Part shown: piece after piece, positions 20,701 through 28,154 of the stretch | Layout of the letters: the number at the start of each line of letters is the position of its first letter | Position numbering within the stretch: the stretch's first letter is position 1 | IMG/VR virus record: IMGVR_UViG_3300012001_000006 | Location: 1 to 64,000 of that record | Origin: a virus | Length of the DNA: 64,000 nt | Direction: 5' to 3' (one strand) | The notes under the pieces: generated by a model | Databases searched by the model: none | What the model was told of the DNA's origin: nothing | Seen by the model: the letters and a program-made list of their open reading frames with translations, nothing else | Made by a program: the position numbers and the translations under genes

Positions 20701-21152
20701 TGGTGAAACAACCCGTTAAAGTCGCCGGTCGATACCGCAACGCCCTCCAGCCCCATTACGTCCTGCCAGCCGCAGCGCGAATGGTAATAGAAGTATTCCT
20801 TCGAGTTCGCTTTCGACAGCAGCTTCAACAAGGATGAAATGCCGGCGTCGTTGATGGCGTAGACCTTGATCGTCACCATCTGATTCGGCACTTCCTTGAT
20901 GCCGCTTGCCTTCGCCGGCTTGTGATAGGTCGGGTCGTCATAGACGCGCAGCCGGCAGCCGATGATCGACTTCAGGCCCGCCTTCTTGGCGCGGCTGGCG
21001 AAGTCAACCATGTTGTGAATGGACATCGAGTCGCACAGCGCGACCGATTCGTAGCCATGCTTTTTGGCCTCCTCAATTATGTGATCGACTTGCAGTAGTG
21101 ATTGACCGATGGAAAAATCAGACATCACATTGAGCGCATGATTGATATTCAT
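17739..21152 (-). CDS. dnaE: DNA polymerase III alpha subunit with C-terminal UDG family-4-like domain
   Basis: PHP N-terminus, GPGRGSVGGSLVAY, PDADLDF, HAAGVV, KMDILGL and YGFNKSH motifs; the last ~180 aa resemble family 4 UDG. Confidence 0.93.
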   Translation of the reverse strand: MNINHALNVMSDFSIGQSLLQVDHIIEEAKKHGYESVALCDSMSIHNMVDFASRAKKAGLKSIIGCRLRVYDDPTYHKPAKASGIKEVPNQMVTIKVYAINDAGISSLLKLLSKANSKEYFYYHSRCGWQDVMGLEGVAVSTGDFNGLFHHKEAKGILEDLAEKFPTFVELVPIDTPLFDTLNAKAIEAAKGGYATVATYPFLYRDDADASTLDVLGVITSQSKMSTTFRVKQHVKDFGFRPPIDLARRVTGAAARVKQWNGVNEPMMWRTAMGGIEKLANLCEYEFKKMPVSLPVMAVNEFETLGKKCIEGWKRRFVQPVLGHMPTATELPAYRARLAFELSVLKKMGFAGYFLLVEDLVVWAKQNEIIVGPGRGSVGGSLVAYLLGITDVDPIRFNLLFERFINPDRLDLPDADLDFMSSKRHMVVGYLAGKYGADRVAGISNFSTLASASALRDAGRVHDLSNLDLMATKLVPKEHGQSCSLTDAARAVPELEKFKNTHEDIWGHALKLEGVMRSFGKHAAGVVVAGEPLINRAVVETRESDDGVPVVCWDKRVVEDFGLVKMDILGLSTLDVLELARRYIKDRHGYAFSYIDLPLEETDIMESFGRGDTTGVFQFESPGMKKLLRDLAMGGLLTFEDITAATALYRPGPMESGLMADFVQIKQGTKVPYYEHPNMEASLSPTYSVIVYQEQVMQLAVDLAGFTRTEADHLRKAMGKKDKDKMASMRQQWIDGCLSKSGMAAYESGELFDKIEAFAGYGFNKSHAVEYSVISYWTMWVRVRYPAEYFAACLSVVGDDKLTSLVNDARGYGIELLPPDINKSTEYFTIPDNKHLLMPFSKMKGCSDNAAKRIVELREAARELTFDAKGKPVWGAVKGRFDTIEEFRTSAAQKGSKVNARVVDNLGLVGAYAAIDSTEKAARHPDRRKDQMELLPGLIVDSVKADRQTDVTEKFLRAKIIHVVQDYRTCTGCDLHDQPHPTVRMKSTVKFMVVSDCPSWQEEKVGKLLEGDAAGYIKQAIKDAGLLPADGYYTTLVKAKKSEKFLTNAQINGCAKYLEREIELIKPAIIVALGSAAIKHFVPGLKGGTAELAGKVIYDPKLDASIVCGLNAQQITFDPTKGEVLMAVFEKVSEILS

Positions 21153-21634
21153 ATCGCAGAACTCCTTCTATTATTAGCCTGCTCTTTGTACGTAGCCCAC
21201 TTGCAATTACCTGGCCCGTACCCTTTGTCGTTGTTTTCACGCTCGATCGTTAAGCCATCCGGCTGCTCACCCATATCGGCAAGAAAATTGTCAAATGTCG
21301 TCCAGCGTTCGCAAACAGTAATGCCGCGACCTCCGTAGTCCGCATATTTTGGATACTTAGGATTCCCGCAGCGTTGCCTCATATTTGTCCAGCAGATATG
21401 GGTTGGCGTGCGTGTCAATCCGTGCTTCTTCTTTGCTCGACTTACCATCTCCTTATTGACGCAGCCGCACGACGTAGTGTTGCCGCGACGAAGATTTGAT
21501 CCGACCGCTGTGGCGATTCCACCGCAGTCACAAACGCACTTCCATTTGACATTGCCGCACTTCGCAGAATCGGCGCGCTCAACCACTGTCAAGCGTCCAA
21601 ATCTTTGTCCCGTAATGTCTGATAGCGCGCTCAT
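21149..21634 (-). CDS. HNH-type homing endonuclease-like protein
   Basis: GQRFGRLTV..WKCVCDCG..SCGC, YGGRGITVCERW and TIERENNDKGY..NCKWAT..EQANN motifs. Confidence 0.85.
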   Translation of the reverse strand: MSALSDITGQRFGRLTVVERADSAKCGNVKWKCVCDCGGIATAVGSNLRRGNTTSCGCVNKEMVSRAKKKHGLTRTPTHICWTNMRQRCGNPKYPKYADYGGRGITVCERWTTFDNFLADMGEQPDGLTIERENNDKGYGPGNCKWATYKEQANNRRSSAI

Positions 21635-21666
21635 TTTTTCCCTTCGTTAATTCAGTACGTATTATT

Positions 21667-22380
21667 TCAACCGAGGGCAGGATTTAAAACAAACATTTCG
21701 CCCTGGCTCACCATGATTCCAAAGTAGAAAAGCAGCGACGACATCGCCACATGGGAGCCTGCGGTGTTGTCTGTCCAACCGAACTCAGCCACGAACCGCG
21801 CTTTCAGTGTCGCTTTCGTGAAGCCGCCATTCATGAGCAGGTCACACGCGACCCGCAGAAAAGCTGGCCCTGTCTCAGCGAACGGGTTGACGCCCTTCGC
21901 GAGTCCTTCGCGACATTCGGTGATCTTGTTCTGTCTGCACAATATGACTGCCTGATCGTACGTTTTCACGTTGCCGATTCTGGCGAGTGCCGCCTGGTGT
22001 TCGGCGCTGATTTCAAACGTCACCTGCTCCACCGTCGTCTTGCGCTTGACCGGCTGCGTGATCGCGGCCGGCTGCGTGATCGCGGGAGTCTTCGCCTTCT
22101 CAACCGCGGCGGCCGCCTTCGCGAACTTGACCGGCGGCACCGATGCCGCTTGCCTGATGCGGTCAGCTTCCGCCTTCGCTTGCGCTTGCTGTCTGGCCCG
22201 AACATGCTTCGCCAGGATGTCCTTGACGTTGATGGTCGACTGAATCGCCTCAAGCGTCTTCATCGACTCTGCGTTGCACGCCTCAAACGCCACGCATCCC
22301 TGACAGACCTTGCTGTCCATGCTGAATACGCTGGCCGCGCCGAAGCAGCCTGGCGCCTGTGATCGCTGTAGTTCTGTCAT
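21667..22380 (-). CDS. hypothetical protein (Cys-cluster N-terminus, possible winged-helix C-terminus)
   Basis: CFG...CQGC...C N-terminus; coupled to the sigma-like gene. Confidence 0.65.
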   Translation of the reverse strand: MTELQRSQAPGCFGAASVFSMDSKVCQGCVAFEACNAESMKTLEAIQSTINVKDILAKHVRARQQAQAKAEADRIRQAASVPPVKFAKAAAAVEKAKTPAITQPAAITQPVKRKTTVEQVTFEISAEHQAALARIGNVKTYDQAVILCRQNKITECREGLAKGVNPFAETGPAFLRVACDLLMNGGFTKATLKARFVAEFGWTDNTAGSHVAMSSLLFYFGIMVSQGEMFVLNPALG

Positions 22381-23144
22381 GCCATTGCCTTTCTTTCTTT
22401 GCGCAGGGCCGATTCGTACTTGCGGCGAATCGATGTCAGTTCCGAATCCACCTTCACGATGTCCGCATCGCTCAGATCGTCCGATATCAGCTTCAGGAAC
22501 CGGCCAATGCTCTGCACCGTCACATCACCACCACAAGGCACCTCGTTCGTGCCAAGCACGTCATGGGACGCCTGACCCATCAATTCCTTCAGCAGCGCCT
22601 CTGGCGGGTCTTGCAGCCACTCCACGACCAGTTGCGACAGCGGCGACAGTCTGCGTAGCGCGACCTGCCGCTCTTGCGCTTCTTCCAGGATCTCTTCGGG
22701 TGTCGGTTCGTCCGACGCGATCCTCGCCTCGAAGCTCTCGCCGCCCTCCTCGCCCATCAGGGTCAGTTCCGAGAATCGCATCGGTTTCAAGCCATAGTTG
22801 TAGTCTGGTCGCGACTGCAATCCGGCCGCAGTCAGCGTCTTGTTTTCTTCCTTGCGGTCGGTGATCTCCTGACGTTGGTGCCTGTTCAGGTTCTTGACGC
22901 CACTCATGACGCCAATCGTCTTTCGAAACTGCGAGAACGCCGCCATCGTGAAGTACGCCGAGAATTTGATGCCCTTATCGGGATCGAAGCCGGCAGCGGC
23001 CTGCACGAACGCGACCGACGCTTCCTGAAACATATCGTCGTAGTCCATCGCAAGACCGACACCATGCGCCCACCGCAAGCCAAACTTCGCTTGCATGTGG
23101 ACGATGCCCTTGTGATCCTCGAACCGAATAGGTATCTGGTTCAT
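22377..23144 (-). CDS. sigma70-family-like factor
   Basis: Region 2 motif YDDMFQEASVAFVQAAAGFDPDKGIKFSAYF; TPEEILE...LRRLSP. Confidence 0.7.
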   Translation of the reverse strand: MNQIPIRFEDHKGIVHMQAKFGLRWAHGVGLAMDYDDMFQEASVAFVQAAAGFDPDKGIKFSAYFTMAAFSQFRKTIGVMSGVKNLNRHQRQEITDRKEENKTLTAAGLQSRPDYNYGLKPMRFSELTLMGEEGGESFEARIASDEPTPEEILEEAQERQVALRRLSPLSQLVVEWLQDPPEALLKELMGQASHDVLGTNEVPCGGDVTVQSIGRFLKLISDDLSDADIVKVDSELTSIRRKYESALRKERKAMA

Positions 23145-23146
23145 GA

Positions 23147-24325
23147 TCAGCCAAAGATGCGCTGAGCAAGGCCGTCACAGACTTCACGGTCGATCCTGGA
23201 CAGCTTGTTGATGAACGACAAGGTAAGACCCTGGCGGAACGACCCGCGCATCACGCCGATGGTGGACGCGAAGATCAAGGTGCGTGGCGAAATCGTGTCG
23301 CTGATCTTGGCGCCGTCGTACGCTTGACGCACCAGACTGGCGAATTCGATCATCTTGTCGGCGTCTTCCTTCACCAGCTTGCAATGGTTCTGGAGAATCT
23401 GCGACTCTGCCTTCTTGTCCATATACTTCTTGTTGATGACCATGCCGAAGCGGTCGTAGTTGGCGCTGTTCTGAATCATGGTTCCCTGATACAGACCAGT
23501 TTCGTCGCCACTACCGTTCGTGTTACCGGTGCAGCAGAAGCGGAAGTTCGCATGTGGCTTGATGATGCGCAGATGACGCGGCGCTTCCTTGATCACCAGC
23601 GACTTGCCTTCCAACACAGCCTGGTAATTCGCCAGCACTGACGGCAGACCGAAGTCGTATTCGTCGGCGATGTACGTCCAGCCGTTCATCATCGCCAAGG
23701 GAAGTGGCCCAAGCTCGAATTCGGTTTGACCGCCCTTGACCGTCCACTGACCGTTGATGTGGCTCTCTTCGGTGTTGACTGTGTGCTGAATGCGAATCGC
23801 AGGGCGGTTCGTCCGAGCGCAGATTTGCGACAGCAGTTCGGACTTGCCGGAACCTTTGTGGCCCCAGACGTAGCAGGGAATGTTGCGCTCGAAGGCGAGG
23901 ATGACGTTCTTCAACTCGTCGATGTCATACACGTAGTTGTCGGACACGTCCGGCACCATGTCTTGCTGGTCGTGCGGCGACATCACCGAGATTGGAATTG
24001 GTTCACCGCGCGCAGACATTGCAGCCTTGACCTTGCCAAGCTCGAACACTTCATGAAGCATTTGCTTGACCATGTGGCCCTTCGGTATCAGCGTGGTCAC
24101 GCTGGCGGCGGTGCCGGACATCTCCATCGTCGTACCGGAGGCTGCGGCAGCAGCGGCTTCGTCGCGCTTCTTGATCGCGGCGATTGCCGGATTCGACAGC
24201 AGAGGCGCGTCGGGAAACTTGGCGACGTACTCTTCGACCGTCATTTCCGGATGCATCTTCTGCAAGTGGAGTTTGATTGAATGCTCTTGCGCGCCGCACA
24301 CTGCACAGGTAATTTTTCCGCTCAT
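23147..24325 (-). CDS. CobS/MoxR-like AAA+ ATPase with N-terminal C2H2 zinc finger
   Basis: CAVC..H...H finger, GHKGSGKS, IADEYD, TGNTNGSGD and NSANYDRF motifs. Confidence 0.88.
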   Translation of the reverse strand: MSGKITCAVCGAQEHSIKLHLQKMHPEMTVEEYVAKFPDAPLLSNPAIAAIKKRDEAAAAAASGTTMEMSGTAASVTTLIPKGHMVKQMLHEVFELGKVKAAMSARGEPIPISVMSPHDQQDMVPDVSDNYVYDIDELKNVILAFERNIPCYVWGHKGSGKSELLSQICARTNRPAIRIQHTVNTEESHINGQWTVKGGQTEFELGPLPLAMMNGWTYIADEYDFGLPSVLANYQAVLEGKSLVIKEAPRHLRIIKPHANFRFCCTGNTNGSGDETGLYQGTMIQNSANYDRFGMVINKKYMDKKAESQILQNHCKLVKEDADKMIEFASLVRQAYDGAKISDTISPRTLIFASTIGVMRGSFRQGLTLSFINKLSRIDREVCDGLAQRIFG

Positions 24326-24384
24326 TGTTCTCTCCAATGGTCATACGACCGTAAGTAAATAATTTGTTTTCGCAACAGAACCAA

Positions 24385-24444
24385 TGTTACTCACTATTGA
24401 CTGGATTCGCAAGTCAGTAGTGACTTATCCTGTCAGGTTGCCTA
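24385..24444 (-). promoter_or_regulatory. sigma70-type promoter overlapped by two palindromic boxes
   Basis: Minus strand TTGCGA-17 bp-TAACAT; boxes at 24387-24404 and 24410-24427. Confidence 0.7.
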
Positions 24445-24445
24445 A

Positions 24446-26596
24446 CTACTTCAAGATCAGGGCGCGAAGTTCCTTCATGACGACGCCAGGCAGGTCTTCC
24501 ACGTTGTTCAACGTCAAGTGTTTCGGGTAGAAACGCCGCACTTCGTCGGACTGGATGCCGATACCGATCACGTTGACACCGGCCCTTGTGATGTCCGCGA
24601 TCGTTTTCTTCAGGTGCGGCGCCAGGGTATGTGTTTCGCCGGCCGCGTGTGGGGCGCCATCCGACAGCACCATCATGATCTTGCCTGTCTCGCGACGATT
24701 CATCAGGCGGCGGGCCGCAATCTCGACGCACTCGCCATCGACGTTGTTGTGCAAGATGTTCGAGTTGGGCAGCCAACCGAACCGCGCCTTCACGTCCGTC
24801 GTCATGCGCTCGTCGAAACCTTTCAGAATTGGCATATAGAGCGCTTCGACGCGGCTGAATCTGCGACCGAGTTTGGCGGTCTCGGCCGACAGCGTGGCGT
24901 GATCAGCGCAGCCTTCGCCGGTCGTGAAGCAAATCACTTCGCACTTGATGCCAATCCGCTCCAGTACGCTGGCTAACGCGTACGCCGCCTGGGTCGCGGT
25001 GTCGATCTTTTGACCATCCATCGAGCCGGACGCATCGACCACTAACTCGACCGCCACGTCCTTGCTGGTCGCTTCATGCTTGCGGCGAAACACCCGATCG
25101 TCACCGACTGCAAGGCGTGACAGGTTTGCAGCATGGATGCGACCGCTGCGATGCCCTGCCGAGTACATCGACAGCGAACGGGCCGCGATGGCGCGCTCCA
25201 GGTCTTTCTGAAGTGGCGCAACCATGTGATCGACTTTCGACTGCAAGCGCGTCAGCATGGCAGAGTCGTATTCGCGACCGACCTTCAACGGCTCAACGAC
25301 ATCCTTGTCCTTCGTGTAAATCAGGTAGTCGGATTCTTTCGCCGCATCGCAAGCGGCAGACGAAATCAACGTGGACATGGTTTCGTCAAAGTCGCGCTTA
25401 GTCTCCTTGTCGATCGCCGACCAGTTGATGCCGGCAGCTTTCGTGATGTCCGTTTCTGACTCGGCAGGCTTGCTGGCGCCGTCAGACGCTTCAGGCATAC
25501 CGTCACCTTCTTCATCACCTTCGTCGTCACCGCCACCGCCAGACAGGTCGCCATCTTCTTCGTCAGGCATTGGTTCGTCGTCGCCTTCTTCACCCTCACC
25601 CTCTTCCTCTTCTTCGCCCTCTTCCTCATCGGCTTCAGGGTCAGCTTCGGGGTCAGCTTCATCCTCTTCAGGGTCGGCCGCTGGATCAGCTTCAGGGTCT
25701 TCCTCGTCGGTTGGTGCCGGCGTTGGGTCTGCCTCTGGATCTTCTTCGGGCGGTTCGGTTGCGGCAGGGTCTTTTTCGCCTGGTGTCGGTTCGCCCTCTT
25801 CTTCCTCTTCGTCGTCTTTAGGCTTCGGTTCGGCTTTCGCTTTCTTTGGCTTGGGCGACTTGGCGGGCTTCTCTTTCGACTTCTCACCCTTGCCACCGCC
25901 TTCACCTGCGTCACCCGATGGTGACGGCGGTGTCGGGGCCGGCGGTGCCGGTGGGGCTGGCTTAGCAGCCTTCAGGCGCTTCGTAACCTCTTCGGCGATC
26001 TCAAGGCAGTCACGCGTTGATGTCGCGCCCTCGATGCGATCCGCCAGGTCTTTGATTTGGTCATAGACTGGCGCGATGATGTGCATCTTGTCCTTCATGT
26101 ATTCTTTGAACACTTGCTGACCCGCCATTGCGCGAATCAGCGGCACCATCAAGGCGCCGATCACCGTGTCGGTGTCGCCTTTAGCGACCGCTTCCGCAAC
26201 GCGTGGCGTGGTGTATTTGTCGAGGAAGAACTTCCCCGTATTGGCAAGGTTCAGACCAGAACCTTGAAACCGCTGCGCCATGCAACGCTCGATGCGGCTG
26301 TCTTCAATCAGGTTGAGCATTTGGCCCGAACCCGATTTGATCGCTGCATCCATCACGTTGAATTCGGTGAAGAGTATGTGAGCAACTTCGTGATCCAAGA
26401 AACCTTGAATGGCGTCGATCAGTTCGTCGGTAGCGTTATCGGGTAGATACGGCAGGTTGACCAAGAAAGGACGACCAGCGCTGTCAGCTTTCACAAAGGC
26501 GCTTACTCCGCGCTGAGTGACTTGGATTCCCTTACCGGCGAGCATCTGCGTCAATTTGACGACTGATTCACGCATTACATATACACGTTCGTTCAT
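24446..26596 (-). CDS. CobT-like vWA domain protein with HExxH N-terminal domain and long acidic linker
   Basis: DHEVAH, NLIEDSRIE, MIDAS DASGSM and LSDGAP motifs; RBS AGGAG before ATG 26596. Confidence 0.88.
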   Translation of the reverse strand: MNERVYVMRESVVKLTQMLAGKGIQVTQRGVSAFVKADSAGRPFLVNLPYLPDNATDELIDAIQGFLDHEVAHILFTEFNVMDAAIKSGSGQMLNLIEDSRIERCMAQRFQGSGLNLANTGKFFLDKYTTPRVAEAVAKGDTDTVIGALMVPLIRAMAGQQVFKEYMKDKMHIIAPVYDQIKDLADRIEGATSTRDCLEIAEEVTKRLKAAKPAPPAPPAPTPPSPSGDAGEGGGKGEKSKEKPAKSPKPKKAKAEPKPKDDEEEEEGEPTPGEKDPAATEPPEEDPEADPTPAPTDEEDPEADPAADPEEDEADPEADPEADEEEGEEEEEGEGEEGDDEPMPDEEDGDLSGGGGDDEGDEEGDGMPEASDGASKPAESETDITKAAGINWSAIDKETKRDFDETMSTLISSAACDAAKESDYLIYTKDKDVVEPLKVGREYDSAMLTRLQSKVDHMVAPLQKDLERAIAARSLSMYSAGHRSGRIHAANLSRLAVGDDRVFRRKHEATSKDVAVELVVDASGSMDGQKIDTATQAAYALASVLERIGIKCEVICFTTGEGCADHATLSAETAKLGRRFSRVEALYMPILKGFDERMTTDVKARFGWLPNSNILHNNVDGECVEIAARRLMNRRETGKIMMVLSDGAPHAAGETHTLAPHLKKTIADITRAGVNVIGIGIQSDEVRRFYPKHLTLNNVEDLPGVVMKELRALILK

Positions 26597-26700
26597 AGCT
26601 TCTATCTCCTCGTTCATCACTCAGCATTGAGTGAACATTTACAATGATAGAGAAGCTCGTCAGGAAGCGCAACGACTATCTGAAAGAATCCTGAACGTAA

Positions 26701-26727
26701 AAAAAGCGGACGTTTATGTCCGCTTTG
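26701..26727 (-). terminator. intrinsic terminator
   Basis: AAAGCGGAC-ATAAAC-GTCCGC-TTTTTT on the minus strand, after the 61-aa ORF. Confidence 0.7.
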
Positions 26728-26745
26728 TCGTTGGCGCTGACGCCC

Positions 26746-26931
26746 TCAAAGCCGGAGCAGCCCATGTTTCGTTCCGGTCGTATTGACCAGGATGATGTTG
26801 CCTAATTTCGGATGATTAGCTCTATATACGAGGGACTCCCCCAAGTCTAACTGATCTTGAACTGTCGACTCCTCCAACGTGTCGACAAATGATTGCAGGC
26901 TAAGAACGGACGTTTTTGCTGAATGTGGCAT
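26746..26931 (-). CDS. small hypothetical protein divergent from the repressor
   Basis: 61 aa with GGAGAG RBS, its own TATAAT plus box (26974-26995) and a terminator. Confidence 0.65.
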   Translation of the reverse strand: MPHSAKTSVLSLQSFVDTLEESTVQDQLDLGESLVYRANHPKLGNIILVNTTGTKHGLLRL

Positions 26932-27184
26932 TTATTCTCTCCGAGTTGATTACTGTTATGTGCGCTACACCACATTATAGCTCACCGCTAACTTACTTTT
27001 ATTGTGGAAATTGTTAATCTTCGTTTCTTCTTTACTGCATAAATCGGGACTGAATTGGGGCTGCTTTTTAAATCTTATTAAAACGATAACGGTAAGTCAC
27101 TAAGAAGTAATAGTTTATGAACTATAATATAAACGTGAGATGAATCACTTACCTGCCGGTCGTCCGGCGCTGAATGGAGAAAAC

Positions 27185-27625
27185 ATGACTAAAGAACCCA
27201 AAGCCTCAAAGGCGACGAAGAGTCCGACCGTTGCCCAGTATCTTGAAATGCAATTCAATCTCTGCGGCAAGTCGCAGATAGAGATCGCCACCGAATGCGG
27301 CTTTCCAAAGCCAAACATTCTCTCGATGATCAAGCAGGGCAAAACAAAACTACCCATCTCGAAGATCGCCGTAATGGCGAAATCGCTCGGTGTTGATCCG
27401 CTGCATCTGTTCAAATTATGTATGCAGGAATACGAGCCGGCGAATTGGGAGGCAATCCAAGAAACAATCTTGAAGCAGCCCGTCATCACCGCTAACGAGA
27501 TGGAGATCATTCGGGTGATTCGTAAATCAAACGTGATCAATCCGAAGCTGCGCACGAATGAGGAACGCATTCGTTTGCTCGACGTGATTGCGACGTTGAA
27601 GCCTGAAAACGCCACCAACGACTGA
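27185..27625 (+). CDS. XRE/CI-like HTH repressor
   Basis: KSQIEIATECGFPKPNILSMIKQGKTKLP...MAKSLGVDP HTH; GGAG RBS; divergent from the early operon. Confidence 0.85.
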   Translation: MTKEPKASKATKSPTVAQYLEMQFNLCGKSQIEIATECGFPKPNILSMIKQGKTKLPISKIAVMAKSLGVDPLHLFKLCMQEYEPANWEAIQETILKQPVITANEMEIIRVIRKSNVINPKLRTNEERIRLLDVIATLKPENATND

Positions 27626-27640
27626 TCCATTCTCACCCTC

Positions 27641-27670
27641 AAAAAAGGCACCTTCGGGTGCCTTTTTATT
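27641..27670. terminator. bidirectional intrinsic terminator after the repressor
   Basis: AAAAAAGGCACC-TTCG-GGTGCCTTTTT. Confidence 0.85.
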
Positions 27671-27833
27671 GTCGTTTTATTGGACGAGAACAACTATGCT
27701 CTTGTGTAACATTGTGCGCAAGTGTATAAAAATACACTTGACAGATTAAGTGCGAAGTGATTCGACTACCTGTAATATATGACTTCATGCTGTCGCTACA
27801 TGGTGAAAATGATATTTTGTACACTATGCGGCT

Positions 27834-28082
27834 ATGAAAAGTCCAAAGTCCGTGCGCCGGCAGGTTACAAATATCATTCCATTTGGCTTGCGTATGCAGC
27901 CCGATCTGAGAAAGTTGATTGAAAAGGCGAGTGAGGATACGGGTCGGTCGCTCAATGCGGAAATTTGCATCCGACTCCACCAAACCTTTATGGCAGACAA
28001 CAAGGCCGATGAATTGCTGGCGGTGGCAAGGGCAATTCATGCGGATATCCAGACCCTAAAGACCGTGCGCGCGCCAAAGTAA
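27834..28082 (+). CDS. Arc/Mnt-family ribbon-helix-helix DNA-binding protein
   Basis: PFGLRMQPDLRKLIEKASEDTGRSLNAEICIRL. Confidence 0.88.
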   Translation: MKSPKSVRRQVTNIIPFGLRMQPDLRKLIEKASEDTGRSLNAEICIRLHQTFMADNKADELLAVARAIHADIQTLKTVRAPK

Positions 28083-28154
28083 TCCGCTGAGCCTGGCGAG
28101 ACACTCTCAAAACTGCTATTCTCTCGACGACTTCACCATGAAGCTATCGATGGA

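Noticed and set aside
23147-26596. Cobalamin biosynthesis genes supplying the class II RNR
   Set aside because: No cobN or other cob genes are present; the architecture fits phage MoxR/vWA pairs.
27767-27790. Canonical lux/cep box (ACCTGTAATATATGAC...) upstream of arc
   Set aside because: Only the left half ACCTGT matches; there is no CT-N12-AG dyad.
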